A stretch of 64,000 nt of DNA from Chloroflexota bacterium (GTDB lineage Bacteria > Chloroflexota > UBA11872 > VXOZ01), in NCBI GenBank assembly GCA_963663275.1, contig OY760183.1, positions 2,016,001 to 2,080,000 on the forward strand, read 5' to 3'. The position numbers and the translations under genes were made by a program. The notes beneath the pieces are model-generated. The model did not search any database and was not told the DNA's origin. It saw nothing but the letters and a program-made list of their open reading frames with translations. Positions 28,803-39,440 of the stretch are shown here, in pieces; the stretch's first letter is position 1, and every line of letters starts with the position of its first letter.

Positions 28803-29664
28803 GGCGGTGCGTCCTGTGTGTGCTGCCCGCGAGGGGGCGCTTGCCTGCCGCGGTCGTTTCCACCGTGGGGCCGCGCTGTGGCAAACGGCTGCGTGCGTGC
28901 TCGGCTGACTGCGTCGAATCCGCGCGAATTGAGGGCGGGTCTGGTTGCGTTTCGCTCCAGTGGGCGATTTCGGCTGCCGTGAGGGGCCGCACTCTGCCCG
29001 GCGCAAGATTGTCCAGGCGCACGGGCCCGATGCGGACGCGGATCAAGCGCGTCGCGCGTTTGCCGATCGCCGCCAGCATGTGACGAATCTGGCGCTTGCG
29101 CCCCTCGGTCAGGGTCATCGAGAGCCAGGTGTCCCCGTTCTCTTCGCATTCCGTCGCCTCTACCCTGACAGGATTGAGCCGGTATCCGTCTATGGTCATA
29201 GGCGCGCGCAAAGTCTTGAACTGGTGGGTGGTGAGCCTGCCGTCCACCAGGATCGCGTATTCTTTCTCGCCGCCGTAGCGGGGATGCGCCACGCGGTTCG
29301 CCCACGCGCCGTCGTCGGTGAGGAAGAGCAGCCCCTCGCTCATGAAGTCCAAACGCCCCACCGGTACCAGATGCGCGCATTCTTCAGGCGCTAGGTCGTA
29401 GATGGTTGGCCGCCCATAGGGGTCGCCGCGGGTGGTGAGGTAGCCGGCCGGTTTGTGCAAGGCGAGATAGGTGAGCGCGGCCGGCGGCGCGAGCGCCTTC
29501 CCATCCAGCGCAACCGTGTCGCGCGCGGGATTCACCTTCGCGCCCAGCGTTGTGACGGCTGCGCCGTTTACGGTAACGCGGCCTTGGCTGATGAAGACCT
29601 CCGCGCGGCGGCGGGAGGCCGCGCCGCAGCGGGCGATGTACTTTTGCAAGCGTTCTTCCATCAT
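28789..29664 (-). CDS. rluB: rRNA pseudouridine synthase (RluB/RsuA family, S4 domain)
   Basis: ERLQKYIA..G.ASRR.AE, HKP.G, VGRLD, HPRY, EGRKRQIR; adjacent to cmk. Confidence 0.85.
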   Translation of the reverse strand: MMEERLQKYIARCGAASRRRAEVFISQGRVTVNGAAVTTLGAKVNPARDTVALDGKALAPPAALTYLALHKPAGYLTTRGDPYGRPTIYDLAPEECAHLVPVGRLDFMSEGLLFLTDDGAWANRVAHPRYGGEKEYAILVDGRLTTHQFKTLRAPMTIDGYRLNPVRVEATECEENGDTWLSMTLTEGRKRQIRHMLAAIGKRATRLIRVRIGPVRLDNLAPGRVRPLTAAEIAHWSETQPDPPSIRADSTQSAEHARSRLPQRGPTVETTAAGKRPLAGSTHRTHRRARN

Positions 29665-30252
29665 GGGCTCTAGTATACAGAGTCTCCATGCGGCTTCGGA
29701 GCCAGGCAGGGACCGGCGGAGCGCCTTGCCAGACGTCGTTTCCGCTTAGCGATGAGGAGCGGGGGACTTGCCCTAATGTTATCGCGTTGAAAGCAATGAG
29801 AATGAGAACTGCGTTCGTGACTCCGGTAGCGCAAGTTCTTAACCTGCGTCTTTCGTAGGGTCAGTCCATTCCGTTCTCAGTTCTCTTCCTCGGGCGGGGG
29901 ACAAGCCCCCGCGCTACGTTAAGGCGAATGCATTGGGGACAAGGCCTCGCGCTGCGTTGACGCGACAGCCTTGGGGACAAGCCCTCGCGCTACGGCTTGC
30001 GACAAGGCTCGACAATACCCGGGTAAGAGCCCTTTGCCCGATTTTAGGCGCTTTTGGCGACTTCCGGTATTGTGCCGTCCGACCTGCGCGCGATTGGGAA
30101 GAGCCGTATTGAACTCTAGCTCCTGAGACCTGTCGGCCTTCCGCGTTGACAGCGTGCGCAGCCGCGTGCTACGTTCAGCCAGTCAGCTTTGCGACAATTC
30201 TGCACTGAGCGTAAGCGCGCGCGTGCGTGCACCAGCGAGAAAGAGGACTCTG

Positions 30253-31053
30253 GTGAAAGTTAGACTTGGATGCTTCAGCCGGCCGTGGACCAAGTATGCG
30301 TTGGAGGTTTCCATGGAGGGCACGGCGCAGGCGGGCTTTCAGTACTTTGGCTTCATGACGGCGGGGGACGGCCTGCCTTTGCCGCCCAATGCCTCCGCGG
30401 ATCAGGTGAACAACCTCGCCGGCTTGCTTGAGAAGTACAACCTCAAGAACCTGGAAAACTACACCAGCATCCCCTGGGGCGATGAGAACGAGGCGCGCTC
30501 GGCGCTGCACAGCTACGTGGACAACAGCCACACGCTCGGCGCGACCTTCATGCACAATAGCGGCACCAACGACGAGGCGCTCTACGACCAGTTCCTGGAA
30601 CTGATGGAAGAAGCCGCCGAGTACGCCAAGAGCAAGGGCATCGTGGTGATGATGAAGCCTCACGGCGGCGTGACGGCCACGGCGCGGGGCCTGGTGGCGC
30701 TGATGAAGCGGATCAGCTCCGATAACCTGAAGGTCTTCTACGACCCCGGTAACGTGCTCTTCTACACCGGCGAGCGGCCTGAGGACGACTTCGAGGAACT
30801 CGCGCCGTACGTGGCGGGCATGTCCATCAAGGACGAGACCGGCGGCGTCAACGGCTCGGTGGACGTGACGCCGGGCGACGGGGACGTAGACTTCAAGGCG
30901 CTCTTCACGATCCTGCGCGACCACGACTTCGACGGTCCGTGCATGATCGAGCAACTCGGCGAAGGCACGATCGAGGAGGTGCACCACGAGGCCACCCGCG
31001 CCCGTGCATACTTGCTCGGGTTGCTGGACGGACTCGGCGCGGACGTGGAGTAG
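30253..31053 (+). CDS. Sugar phosphate isomerase/epimerase family TIM barrel
   Basis: KPHGG, YDPGN, IKD, PGDGDVDF, IE; GAGGA RBS. Confidence 0.85.
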   Translation: MKVRLGCFSRPWTKYALEVSMEGTAQAGFQYFGFMTAGDGLPLPPNASADQVNNLAGLLEKYNLKNLENYTSIPWGDENEARSALHSYVDNSHTLGATFMHNSGTNDEALYDQFLELMEEAAEYAKSKGIVVMMKPHGGVTATARGLVALMKRISSDNLKVFYDPGNVLFYTGERPEDDFEELAPYVAGMSIKDETGGVNGSVDVTPGDGDVDFKALFTILRDHDFDGPCMIEQLGEGTIEEVHHEATRARAYLLGLLDGLGADVE

Positions 31054-31131
31054 CGGCGGCTATACTGATCCAAGAAATTGGCATTGAGATTGGCGCGGCA
31101 AGTACGCGCCGCGAAGGGAGTATGGGAACGC

Positions 31132-31860
31132 GTGGGAAAACTGGATAATATGGTAGCCGTCATCGGCGGCGCGAGCACCGGCATGGGCGCGGCGACTGCG
31201 CGGCTCTTTGCCCAAGAGGGAGCCAAGGTCGTCGTGGCGGCGCGCAGCAGTGAGAAACTGGCGGCGTTGGTGGATGAGATTGCCGCGAGCGGCGGTACCG
31301 CCATGGCAGTGTCCGTGGATGCTACCGACCGCGCCGCCGTGGACGCTATGGCCGCACAAGCGCGGGCGCAGTTTGGCACAATCGACGTCTTGGTCAACAG
31401 CGTGGGCACCAACATCAAGAACCGCGCTTTCACCGAGATGCGGCCTGAAGACTGGGACATGATGATCGCGCACAACCTTACCGTGGCCTACAACCTGGTG
31501 GACGCGGTCTTGCCGACCATGCGTGAGCAGGGCGCGGGCACGATCATCCACTATTCGTCGGACGCCGTGCAGAAGCCCAACGTGGTTTCCGGTGTTGCCT
31601 ACCAGGCGACGAAACACGGCGTGCGCGGCCTGGCCCACGGCACGATGATGGAGGAGCGGGAGCGCGGCATTCGCGTCTCGGTGGTCTTTCCCGGCCCGTG
31701 CGAGACGCCGCTGCTGGAAAAGCGGCCCGAGCCGCCGCCGCCCGACGTCTTTCCCAAGTTGCTGCAACCGGAAGACGTGGCGGACGCCGCTCTCTTCATT
31801 GCTTCCTTGCCGCCGCGCGCCTACGTGCCGGAACTCGTGCTCGCCGCGAGCCTGATGTAA
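31132..31860 (+). CDS. SDR family oxidoreductase
   Basis: GGASTGMG, DVLVNS.G, YQATKHG, PG...T. Confidence 0.9.
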   Translation: MGKLDNMVAVIGGASTGMGAATARLFAQEGAKVVVAARSSEKLAALVDEIAASGGTAMAVSVDATDRAAVDAMAAQARAQFGTIDVLVNSVGTNIKNRAFTEMRPEDWDMMIAHNLTVAYNLVDAVLPTMREQGAGTIIHYSSDAVQKPNVVSGVAYQATKHGVRGLAHGTMMEERERGIRVSVVFPGPCETPLLEKRPEPPPPDVFPKLLQPEDVADAALFIASLPPRAYVPELVLAASLM

Positions 31861-31937
31861 TGCGGGGGACTGCCTTTCGTCCGTAACGAGACTATCGCAG
31901 CGGGTAGGAACGCCAAGCGGAATTGTGAGCCAACTTC

Positions 31938-32948
31938 ATGTCAGAGGCCGCGGCTCCAGCCTCCCTTGTCGCGCTCGTGGGCGCGACGGCTCTGGGCAAG
32001 ACCGCGCTGGCTGCGGCGCTGGCGGCGGAGTTCAATGCGGAGATCGTCAGCGCCGATTCCCGCCAGGTTTACCGTGGTCTGGACATCGGCACGGCCAAGC
32101 CTACGGCTGAAGAACGCGCCCACGCCCGGCACCACGTGATCGACGTGGTTTCACCGGACAGCACCGCATTCTCCGTGGCAGTGTGGCGCGGCCATGCTGA
32201 AAGAGCGTTTGCAAGCCTCAGCGCGCGCCGCAAGCGGCCGTGGCTCGTGGGCGGGACCGGGCTGTACGTGCAGTCGATTGTCGAAGGGCTTGAACTGCCG
32301 GACGTGCCGCCTCAGCCTGCATTGCGCGCCCAACTGGAACAAACGATGCGGCATGGGGGCGTGGACGCTCTGTATGCGCGGCTGCAGCACGTAGACCCTG
32401 AAGCCGCGGCGCGCATCGACCGGCGCAATCCCCGGCGGCTCATCCGCGCCCTGGAAGTCTGCCTCGTTTCCGGCAAGCCGTTCTCCGCGCAGCGCGTCCG
32501 GCGTCCGCCGCCGTATCCGGTATTGCAGATCGGTCTGCGCGCGGACCGGGAGACGCTTTACCGGCGCATCGACGAGCGCGTCGATCGCATGATTGCGGCC
32601 GGTTTGCTGCAAGAGGTCGCGGGTCTGCTCGACCAAGGATTGACGACGGATCTGCCGAGCATGCAGAGCGCCGGCTACCGGCAACTTGCCGCGCACCTGC
32701 AAGGAGCGTGCACGCTGGCCGAGGCTGTCCAGCAGACGAAATACGCGACCCACCAACTGGCCAAACGCCAGGAGACTTGGTTCCGCAAGCAAAAGGGCAT
32801 ACAATGGATAGACATAGACGCCGCTGAAACTGATACAGTGGCAACTGCAAGGCATTGGGTAGAAGGCTTCTACGAAGAGTGCGAGCGGACGCGGGGCCTG
32901 TCCGCCGCAAAAGGAGCGGCAAGCGGTGGCGGTGAGAGACACGCATAA
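31938..32948 (+). CDS. miaA: tRNA dimethylallyltransferase
   Basis: GATALGKT, SADSRQVYRGLDIGTAKP, VGGTGLY, RR.IRALEV, KRQ.TWFR. Confidence 0.95.
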   Translation: MSEAAAPASLVALVGATALGKTALAAALAAEFNAEIVSADSRQVYRGLDIGTAKPTAEERAHARHHVIDVVSPDSTAFSVAVWRGHAERAFASLSARRKRPWLVGGTGLYVQSIVEGLELPDVPPQPALRAQLEQTMRHGGVDALYARLQHVDPEAAARIDRRNPRRLIRALEVCLVSGKPFSAQRVRRPPPYPVLQIGLRADRETLYRRIDERVDRMIAAGLLQEVAGLLDQGLTTDLPSMQSAGYRQLAAHLQGACTLAEAVQQTKYATHQLAKRQETWFRKQKGIQWIDIDAAETDTVATARHWVEGFYEECERTRGLSAAKGAASGGGERHA

Positions 32949-33186
32949 GGCGTTCCAGCGTCTTACCGGCGCGGGGTACAGCAAGGAGATGACGGAAGCC
33001 TTGCTGGAAATCCTCGGTGAGTCCGGGGATGACTTGGTGACCAAAGACTACTTGGACATGCGCATGCGTGAATTGGAGTCTCGCTTGGAACTGCGCCTTA
33101 CGCAGCGTTTCGGGGTAATGCTGGCGGCTGCAGTCAGCGTGATGATTGCGGTTCTGCTGGTGCCGGAACTGCTGGGGGCGCGTTAG
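32926..33186 (+). CDS. Small coiled-coil protein with C-terminal TM (DUF1640/CCDC90-like), copy 1
   Basis: DTHKAFQRL..AG.S, LVTKDYL..RELE.RL, hydrophobic tail; AAGGAG RBS. Confidence 0.7.
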   Translation: MAVRDTHKAFQRLTGAGYSKEMTEALLEILGESGDDLVTKDYLDMRMRELESRLELRLTQRFGVMLAAAVSVMIAVLLVPELLGAR

Positions 33187-33308
33187 GTTCAATTGGAAGG
33201 CGGTTTCCTAGGCGCTTTAAGATCCTGCCTGAGTAATGAAAGAAGCGGGCTGAACGAAAGAAGGCGAGTGTCGGGATAACCTCGCCGATGCAAAAGGAGT
33301 AAGAGACG

Positions 33309-33584
33309 GTGGCAGTGAAAGATACGCATAAGGCCTTCCAGCGTCTTACCGGCGCGGGCTGTAGCAAGGAAATGTCCGAAGCCTTGCTGGAAATCCTGGG
33401 TGAGTCGTGGGACTCAGTAGCCACCAAGTCAGACATAGCCGGTATGGCCACCAAAGCCGACTTGCGCGAACTGGAGTCCCGCTTGGAACTGCGGCTTACG
33501 CAGCGCTTCGGGGTAATGCTGGCGGCCGCAGTCAGCGTGATGATTGCGGTGCTGCTGGTGTTGGAATTGCTGGGGGCGCGTTAG
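33309..33584 (+). CDS. DUF1640/CCDC90-like protein, copy 2
   Basis: Near-identical to copy 1; ATKSDI...ATKADL repeat. Confidence 0.7.
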   Translation: MAVKDTHKAFQRLTGAGCSKEMSEALLEILGESWDSVATKSDIAGMATKADLRELESRLELRLTQRFGVMLAAAVSVMIAVLLVLELLGAR

Positions 33585-33643
33585 GATTACGGACGGGCAA
33601 GCAGCGCGTGACCGCGCATAGCGCAAGGAGTTGGGAGCACGCG

Positions 33644-34492
33644 ATGGCACAAGACTTAGAGTTCATCAAGATGCACGGAACGGGCAACGACTTCGTGGTG
33701 GTGGATGCCCGGGCGAATGGTGAGCGGGCGTGGGCCGGCCTGGCGCCCAAGCTCTGCGACCGCAACTTCGGGATTGGCAGCGACGGCCTGCTGCTCATCG
33801 ACACGGACGCGGACCGGGGCTACCGGTTCCGCATGTTCAATCCCGACGGCAGCGAGGCCGAAATGTGCGGCAACGGCATCCGCTGCTTTGCCAAGTATCT
33901 CTACGACACCGGCGAAATCGGCGAAGGCTGGCTGGGCGTGGACACGCTGGCGGGGGCGCTCCAGGTGAACGTGCATCCGGGCGACAACGAGCGCTTTGCC
34001 GTCTCCGTGGACATGGGCCCGCCGTATCTGGCTCCGGCGGAAATCCCGGTGCTGGCCGATACCACGCCGGTCAAGGACATGCCGCTCAGCGTAAATGGCA
34101 CAGAGCTTGCGATAACGGCCGTTTCGATGGGCAATCCCCACGCGGTGACGTTTCTCGACGACATCGCGGCCTTTCCGCTTACTACCATCGGCCCGGAAGT
34201 AGAACATCATCCGGCGTTTCCGCAGCGCACCAACTTCGAGATTGCCCAGGTGGTGGCGCGCGACCGGATCGAGGTCAAGGTGTGGGAACGGGGTGCGGGG
34301 CCCACGCTGGCCTGCGGCACCGGCGCGTGCGCCACGGCGGTGGCCGCCCGCCTGCACGGCCTGACGGACGAGACCGTCACCATCGGTCTGCCCGGCGGCG
34401 ATTTGACCATCTCGTGGGACGGCGAGGGACACGTGTTCATGCGCGGCGCGGCGCAGACGGTCTTTGCCGGTACCTGGTTGCAGGGAGACTAG
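33644..34492 (+). CDS. dapF: Diaminopimelate epimerase
   Basis: KMHGTGNDF, GIGSDG, EMCGNGIRC, MGNPH, ERG.G.TLACGTG. Confidence 0.96.
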   Translation: MAQDLEFIKMHGTGNDFVVVDARANGERAWAGLAPKLCDRNFGIGSDGLLLIDTDADRGYRFRMFNPDGSEAEMCGNGIRCFAKYLYDTGEIGEGWLGVDTLAGALQVNVHPGDNERFAVSVDMGPPYLAPAEIPVLADTTPVKDMPLSVNGTELAITAVSMGNPHAVTFLDDIAAFPLTTIGPEVEHHPAFPQRTNFEIAQVVARDRIEVKVWERGAGPTLACGTGACATAVAARLHGLTDETVTIGLPGGDLTISWDGEGHVFMRGAAQTVFAGTWLQGD

Positions 34493-34495
34493 TCC

Positions 34496-34831
34496 ATGTC
34501 CGACAGTACCAAGCGTCTCCTTGTCATAATTCTCGCTCTGCTGCTTGGCATCGTCTCCATCGCCCCGTTTGGCAGGATCAACCGCAGCGAACGCGCCGGT
34601 GTGCTTGCCGCGGTGGCTACCGCTCTTGTGGGCTTGATCGCTTTCATGCGGCGCGAAACGGAAGGCGAGCTCTTGGGCATTCCCTATAGCTTCAGCCCGC
34701 CGACGCTCGAGCGGCTGAAAGGGCGGCTGTGGAACGCCGACGACCCGCGCGTCTTCACCCCGCATATCTTCGGCTGGGGTTGGAGCGTGAACTTCTACCA
34801 GATTGGGAAGCGCCTCGGCCTGATTTCCTAA
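34496..34831 (+). CDS. Small membrane protein (DUF5808-like)
   Basis: Two TM segments, then WNADDPRVFTPHIFGWGWSVNF. Confidence 0.7.
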   Translation: MSDSTKRLLVIILALLLGIVSIAPFGRINRSERAGVLAAVATALVGLIAFMRRETEGELLGIPYSFSPPTLERLKGRLWNADDPRVFTPHIFGWGWSVNFYQIGKRLGLIS

Positions 34832-34875
34832 CGTTCTACTTTGCAATGCGGTAAGCATCTTCGACTTAAAGGTCA

Positions 34876-36948
34876 ATGCGCATGGGGACGCTGGTCGGCG
34901 TAGACATCGGCGGCACGTTCACGGACATGGTCGTGCTCGACGAGACGCGCCGCGAACTGCGGATTGACAAAGTTGCCACCACTCCCGACGATCAGTCGAT
35001 CGGCTTCATCGCCGCCTTGGACGGCATGGGGGTCTCGTACGCCGACATCGATCTGGTCACCCACGGCACTACCGTCGCCACCAACGCCGTGCTGGAGCGC
35101 GACGGCGGACGCTGCGGCCTGATCGCCACGCGGGGCTTCCGGGACATTCTGGAGTTGCGCCGCCGGGACCGCCCCCACATGTACGGCCTCACCGGTTCGT
35201 TCGAGCCGCTCATTCCCCGTGACCGCCGCCTGGAGGTGACCGAACGCATTGCCGCCGAGGGCGCGGTGGTCACACCTCTGGATGAGGAGGAGGTCTTAGA
35301 GGCGGGAAGATCATTGGTAGCGCAGTGGGTGGAGGCGATCGTCGTCAGCTTCATGAACGCCTACGCCAACCCCGAACACGAACTGCGCGCCAAGGAGATC
35401 CTGCAAGCCGAATGGCCCCATCTCTACGTGGTGACGTCCAGCGAGACGCTGCCGGTCTACCGCGAATTCGAGCGCACAAGCACGGCGGTGGTGAACGCTT
35501 ACGTGCAGCCGAACGTAGGCGATTACCTGGAACAACTGGAGGAACGCCTCCAGGCGCGGGGCTACGCCAGCGACCTCTTCATCATGCAGTCGAACGGCGG
35601 CATGATGTCCGCGGCCAGCGTGCGCGACTTACCCCTCAATACGGTGCTGTCCGGTCCGGCGGCCGGCGTGATTGCCGCTACGCGGATTGCCGCCGAGGAC
35701 GGCTTCACCAATCTGATTACCTACGACATGGGCGGCACCAGCCTCGACGTATCGCTGGTGCAAGAGGGCAAGCCGCTGCCGTCGAGCGGCATGGACCTGG
35801 AATTCGGCATTCCCCTCATGGTCTCGATGATCGACATCCATACGATCGGCGCGGGCGGCGGCAGCATCGCGCGCATCGATCAGGGAGGCTTGCTGCAAGT
35901 GGGGCCGCAGAGCGCGGGCGCGGATCCGGGCCCGGTCTGCTACGGCAGGAACGGCACGGCGCCAACGCTGACCGACGCCAACCTCATTCTCGGCAGGATC
36001 AACCCGGACTACCCGATTGCCGGCGTGGCGGGCGCGTCTTTCGACGTAGCGAGCGCCCGGTCGGTAGTCGGAGAAGCGATCGGCAAGCCGCTGGGGCTTA
36101 CCGCCGAGCAGGCGGCGCAGGCAATCGTGACGGTGGCGAACAACCGCATCGCCGGCAGCCTGCGGCGCGTCTCGATCGACAAGGGCCACGATCCACGGGA
36201 GTTTTCTCTCTTCTCCTTTGGCGGCAGCGGGCCGTTGCACGCGGGCTTTCTGCTGCGCGAACTGAGCATCGGCCGGGGCATCGTGCCCTACTATCCGGGC
36301 ATCGCCTCCGCCTGGGGCTGCGTCATCGCCGACCGGCAGCATGACTTCGTGACGATGCAGAATGCCCTTCTCAGCGAACTGGACATTGCGGACGCGGAGC
36401 GGGTCTTTGCCGAGCACCTAGCGGCGGGAGAAGAGATGCTGGCGGGTGAAAACGTGCCGCTGGAGCGCGTCAGCTTGCTGCGTGAAGCCGACATTTCCTA
36501 TGAAGGGCAGACCCACGTCATTCGCACCGCCCTGCCGGCGGGCGAACTCAGCCATGAGAACATCGCGGCCAGCTTTCGCGGCGCCTACTTGCAGCACTAC
36601 GGCCGGGTGGAAGAGGGGTTTGGCGGTTTGGAGGAATTGCTGGCGCGGATTCCCATGCGCGTGCTCAACCTGCGCACGGCCGTCATCGGCGTCCGCGCCG
36701 ACGTGCGCTTGAAAGACTACGTGACTGCGCCGGAAACGACGCTGGCGGAGGCGCGCAAAGAGGAAAGGCCGGTGTACGTGGACGATGGATTCGTAACCTG
36801 TCCAGTCTACGACCGCGCCAAGCTGCCGTGGGACGCCGTGCTTACCGGTCCTGCCCTGCTCGAGCAGCCGGACACGACGGTCTGGCTGGCCCCCTGGTGC
36901 CGGGCCACCGTTGCCCCCGGCGGCAGTTTGCTGATAGAGGTGGTGTGA
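34876..36948 (+). CDS. Hydantoinase A / 5-oxoprolinase family subunit
   Basis: DIGGTFTD, HGTTVATNA, SGPAAG, DMGGTS, IGAGGGS, SAGADPGP.CY. Confidence 0.93.
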   Translation: MRMGTLVGVDIGGTFTDMVVLDETRRELRIDKVATTPDDQSIGFIAALDGMGVSYADIDLVTHGTTVATNAVLERDGGRCGLIATRGFRDILELRRRDRPHMYGLTGSFEPLIPRDRRLEVTERIAAEGAVVTPLDEEEVLEAGRSLVAQWVEAIVVSFMNAYANPEHELRAKEILQAEWPHLYVVTSSETLPVYREFERTSTAVVNAYVQPNVGDYLEQLEERLQARGYASDLFIMQSNGGMMSAASVRDLPLNTVLSGPAAGVIAATRIAAEDGFTNLITYDMGGTSLDVSLVQEGKPLPSSGMDLEFGIPLMVSMIDIHTIGAGGGSIARIDQGGLLQVGPQSAGADPGPVCYGRNGTAPTLTDANLILGRINPDYPIAGVAGASFDVASARSVVGEAIGKPLGLTAEQAAQAIVTVANNRIAGSLRRVSIDKGHDPREFSLFSFGGSGPLHAGFLLRELSIGRGIVPYYPGIASAWGCVIADRQHDFVTMQNALLSELDIADAERVFAEHLAAGEEMLAGENVPLERVSLLREADISYEGQTHVIRTALPAGELSHENIAASFRGAYLQHYGRVEEGFGGLEELLARIPMRVLNLRTAVIGVRADVRLKDYVTAPETTLAEARKEERPVYVDDGFVTCPVYDRAKLPWDAVLTGPALLEQPDTTVWLAPWCRATVAPGGSLLIEVV

Positions 36949-36949
36949 A

Positions 36950-38686
36950 TTGAACATCGATCCGATTACCCTCGCGGTCATTCGCGGCGGCCTGGAGCAA
37001 ATCGCCGATGAGATGGATGCCACCCTGGAGCGCATGGCATTCTCGCCGGTGATTTCGGACGGGTTCGATCGCGCCAGCGGCATCTACCACGTGCGCGACG
37101 GCGAGGTGATCATGCAGGGGCCGCGCGGCCTGCCGAACTTCATCTGCGTGATGGAGTTCACCGTGCGCTCGGTGATCGAGCGTGTCGAGAACCCTGCGGA
37201 CGGCGACGTCTACATCGTCAACGACCCCTATCTGGGCGGCACCCACTTGATGGACGTCAAGATGGTCAGTCCGTTCTTCTACAAGGGCAAGCTGAGGGCG
37301 TTCCTGGCGAACAGCGGCCATTGGCCGGACATCGGCGGGCGGGTGCCGGGCGGTTTTTCGACGCGAGCCACGGAAATTTACCAGGAGGGCTTGCGCCTGC
37401 CGCCGGTACGCATCATGGATAGGGGCAAGTTAAACCAGGACGTACTCGACATAATCCTGCATAACGTGCGCGTTTCCGCCGAGCGCCAGGGCGACATCAT
37501 CGCCAAGATCACGGCGCTCAACCTGGGCGCGGAACGCCTGACGAAGTTGCTCGACCGCTACGGGGAAGAGACGGTCTTTGCGGCGGTGGACGAGATGAAG
37601 GCGCGCTCCGAGCGGCTCATGCGCAGCCACATCGAGACCATTCCCGACGGCACGTACGAATTCACCGATCACATCGACAGCGACGGCGTGGAGTGGGAGC
37701 CGCTGGCGCTGCGCCTGAAGCTGACGATAGACGGCAGCGACGTGCACGTGGACTTTTCCGAGAGCAGCCCGCCCTGCCGGGGGCCGCTGAACAGCGTCTT
37801 CAGCACCACGTTGGCCGGGGTGTTCATCGCGTTCAAGCACATCTTTCCCGACGTGCCCATCAATGCCGGCTGCTTTGCGCCAATCACGGTCAATATCCCG
37901 CCAACGACGTTCCTACACGCCCAACCGCCGCGTCCGGTGGCCGGCTGCGCCGCCGAAGTGTGCCAGCGCGTAATCGACGTGATGCTGGGCGCGCTGAGCC
38001 AGGCGATACCGGATAACGCCTACGCCGCGCCCATGGGGACGGTGACGAATCTCTCGGTCGGCGGCGAGAATCCGGACCGGGGCTACTACGTCTTCTACTC
38101 GTTCATCGGCGGCGGCTACGGCGGCAATTTCGCTACCGACGGGCTGATAAACGGCAATCCCACCATCGCGGTGGCGCGCACGCAGGCGCTGGAAATCTTC
38201 GAGTTCCGCTATCCGGTGCTCTTCACGCGCTACGCCATTCGCGAGGGCTCCGGCGGCGCGGGCGAGCGGCGCGGCGGCTACGGCGTCATTTTCGAGTTCG
38301 AGATACGGCACGGCGACGCCAGCGCCTCGCTATTGGGTGAACGAGGGCGGTTCGCGCCGTTTGGAATCCTGGGCGGTCAAGCGGCGCAACCGGCGGAACA
38401 CGTGTTTACGCTGCGCGGCGAAGAGTACAGGCCGGAACACATTACCAAAGATGAGGGCGTGCACATGGTGCCCGGCGACGTGCTCAGCTTGAGAACGCCG
38501 GGCGGCGGGGGCTACGGCGATCCGTACGAGCGGCCGGCGGCGCTTGTGCTCCAGGACGTGCGGCGCGGCTACTACGACCGCGCCGCGGCTCTGCGAGACT
38601 ACGGCGTGCGCATCCAGCCGGACGCGTGGGTAGTGGACAAGGACTCGACGCGGATGCTCCGCCGGGGCAGGCGCGCGCGAGAGTAG
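36950..38686 (+). CDS. Hydantoinase B / 5-oxoprolinase family subunit
   Basis: NDPYLGGTHL.D, H..DIGG..PG, QEG, SGGAG..RGG.G, TPGGGGYGDP. Confidence 0.93.
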   Translation: MNIDPITLAVIRGGLEQIADEMDATLERMAFSPVISDGFDRASGIYHVRDGEVIMQGPRGLPNFICVMEFTVRSVIERVENPADGDVYIVNDPYLGGTHLMDVKMVSPFFYKGKLRAFLANSGHWPDIGGRVPGGFSTRATEIYQEGLRLPPVRIMDRGKLNQDVLDIILHNVRVSAERQGDIIAKITALNLGAERLTKLLDRYGEETVFAAVDEMKARSERLMRSHIETIPDGTYEFTDHIDSDGVEWEPLALRLKLTIDGSDVHVDFSESSPPCRGPLNSVFSTTLAGVFIAFKHIFPDVPINAGCFAPITVNIPPTTFLHAQPPRPVAGCAAEVCQRVIDVMLGALSQAIPDNAYAAPMGTVTNLSVGGENPDRGYYVFYSFIGGGYGGNFATDGLINGNPTIAVARTQALEIFEFRYPVLFTRYAIREGSGGAGERRGGYGVIFEFEIRHGDASASLLGERGRFAPFGILGGQAAQPAEHVFTLRGEEYRPEHITKDEGVHMVPGDVLSLRTPGGGGYGDPYERPAALVLQDVRRGYYDRAAALRDYGVRIQPDAWVVDKDSTRMLRRGRRARE

Positions 38687-38926
38687 GGCGAATGACGCTC
38701 TGCCCGTTGCCAGTTCGGAGAGTCGCAAGAGTCTGCATCTTTTTGTCTACGATCTTCATTGGGCGCGCGGCCGCGTGTGGGCAATTGGGCAGTGTCTTAC
38801 GCAAGCCTTGCCCGTCTGCGGGATTATTCGGCTATGGCGGCGCTTGCCACGATTCGCTAGAGTAGAGGCAGGCGCAATGGGGTAGAGCCAAGTTTGCGAC
38901 TATTGCTAGTGGAGAGGAGCGCGCGC

Positions 38927-39385
38927 GTGAGCGTGTGGGGTAGAGTTCTCTTTATTTGCTTACTGGTGGCTGTAATGGCTGGCTGCGGCGAATCTGCGGC
39001 GGTTGAGGTTGACGTCGGGCCCGAGACCGCGACAGAGACCCAGTCCGCGCCCACTGCCGAGAGTGTTGCGGAAGCGGCGCCAACGGCAACCCCGTCACCA
39101 GCGCCTGACCCCGCGCCCACGCCCGCGGTTGAAGCCGACGCCGACTCAGACGCCGCGCCTGAGGAGCCCGCGCCGACGCGGACGCAGAGCATCATCCTCT
39201 ACGACCTTACGGAAATTGAGAAGACCTGCCCGGGGTACCAGGAGTTCACTGGATTCCGGCAGACCGTTTCCCAGGTGAAGATAACGTGCACCAGTCCCGG
39301 CGTGGAGACGGTGTATTTCGTGGACTTGGACAACCTGGTGGTTACGGGCATACGCGTGCCGCTGCTCGAGCCGGAGATGCCGTAG
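38927..39385 (+). CDS. Lipoprotein of unknown function, paralogue 1
   Basis: GAGGAG RBS, lipobox MAGC, Pro/Ala/Thr linker, conserved C-terminal 2-Cys domain. Confidence 0.75.
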   Translation: MSVWGRVLFICLLVAVMAGCGESAAVEVDVGPETATETQSAPTAESVAEAAPTATPSPAPDPAPTPAVEADADSDAAPEEPAPTRTQSIILYDLTEIEKTCPGYQEFTGFRQTVSQVKITCTSPGVETVYFVDLDNLVVTGIRVPLLEPEMP

Positions 39386-39440
39386 CGGCCCGGGCGGCCC
39401 GGCCTGGGAGAAAGCGCGCAATGGCTAAGCGGGGCGTGAC

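Noticed and set aside
28789-28960. C-terminal extension of the pseudouridine synthase as an extra domain
   Set aside because: Low-complexity tail running into cmk, probably stop-codon drift.
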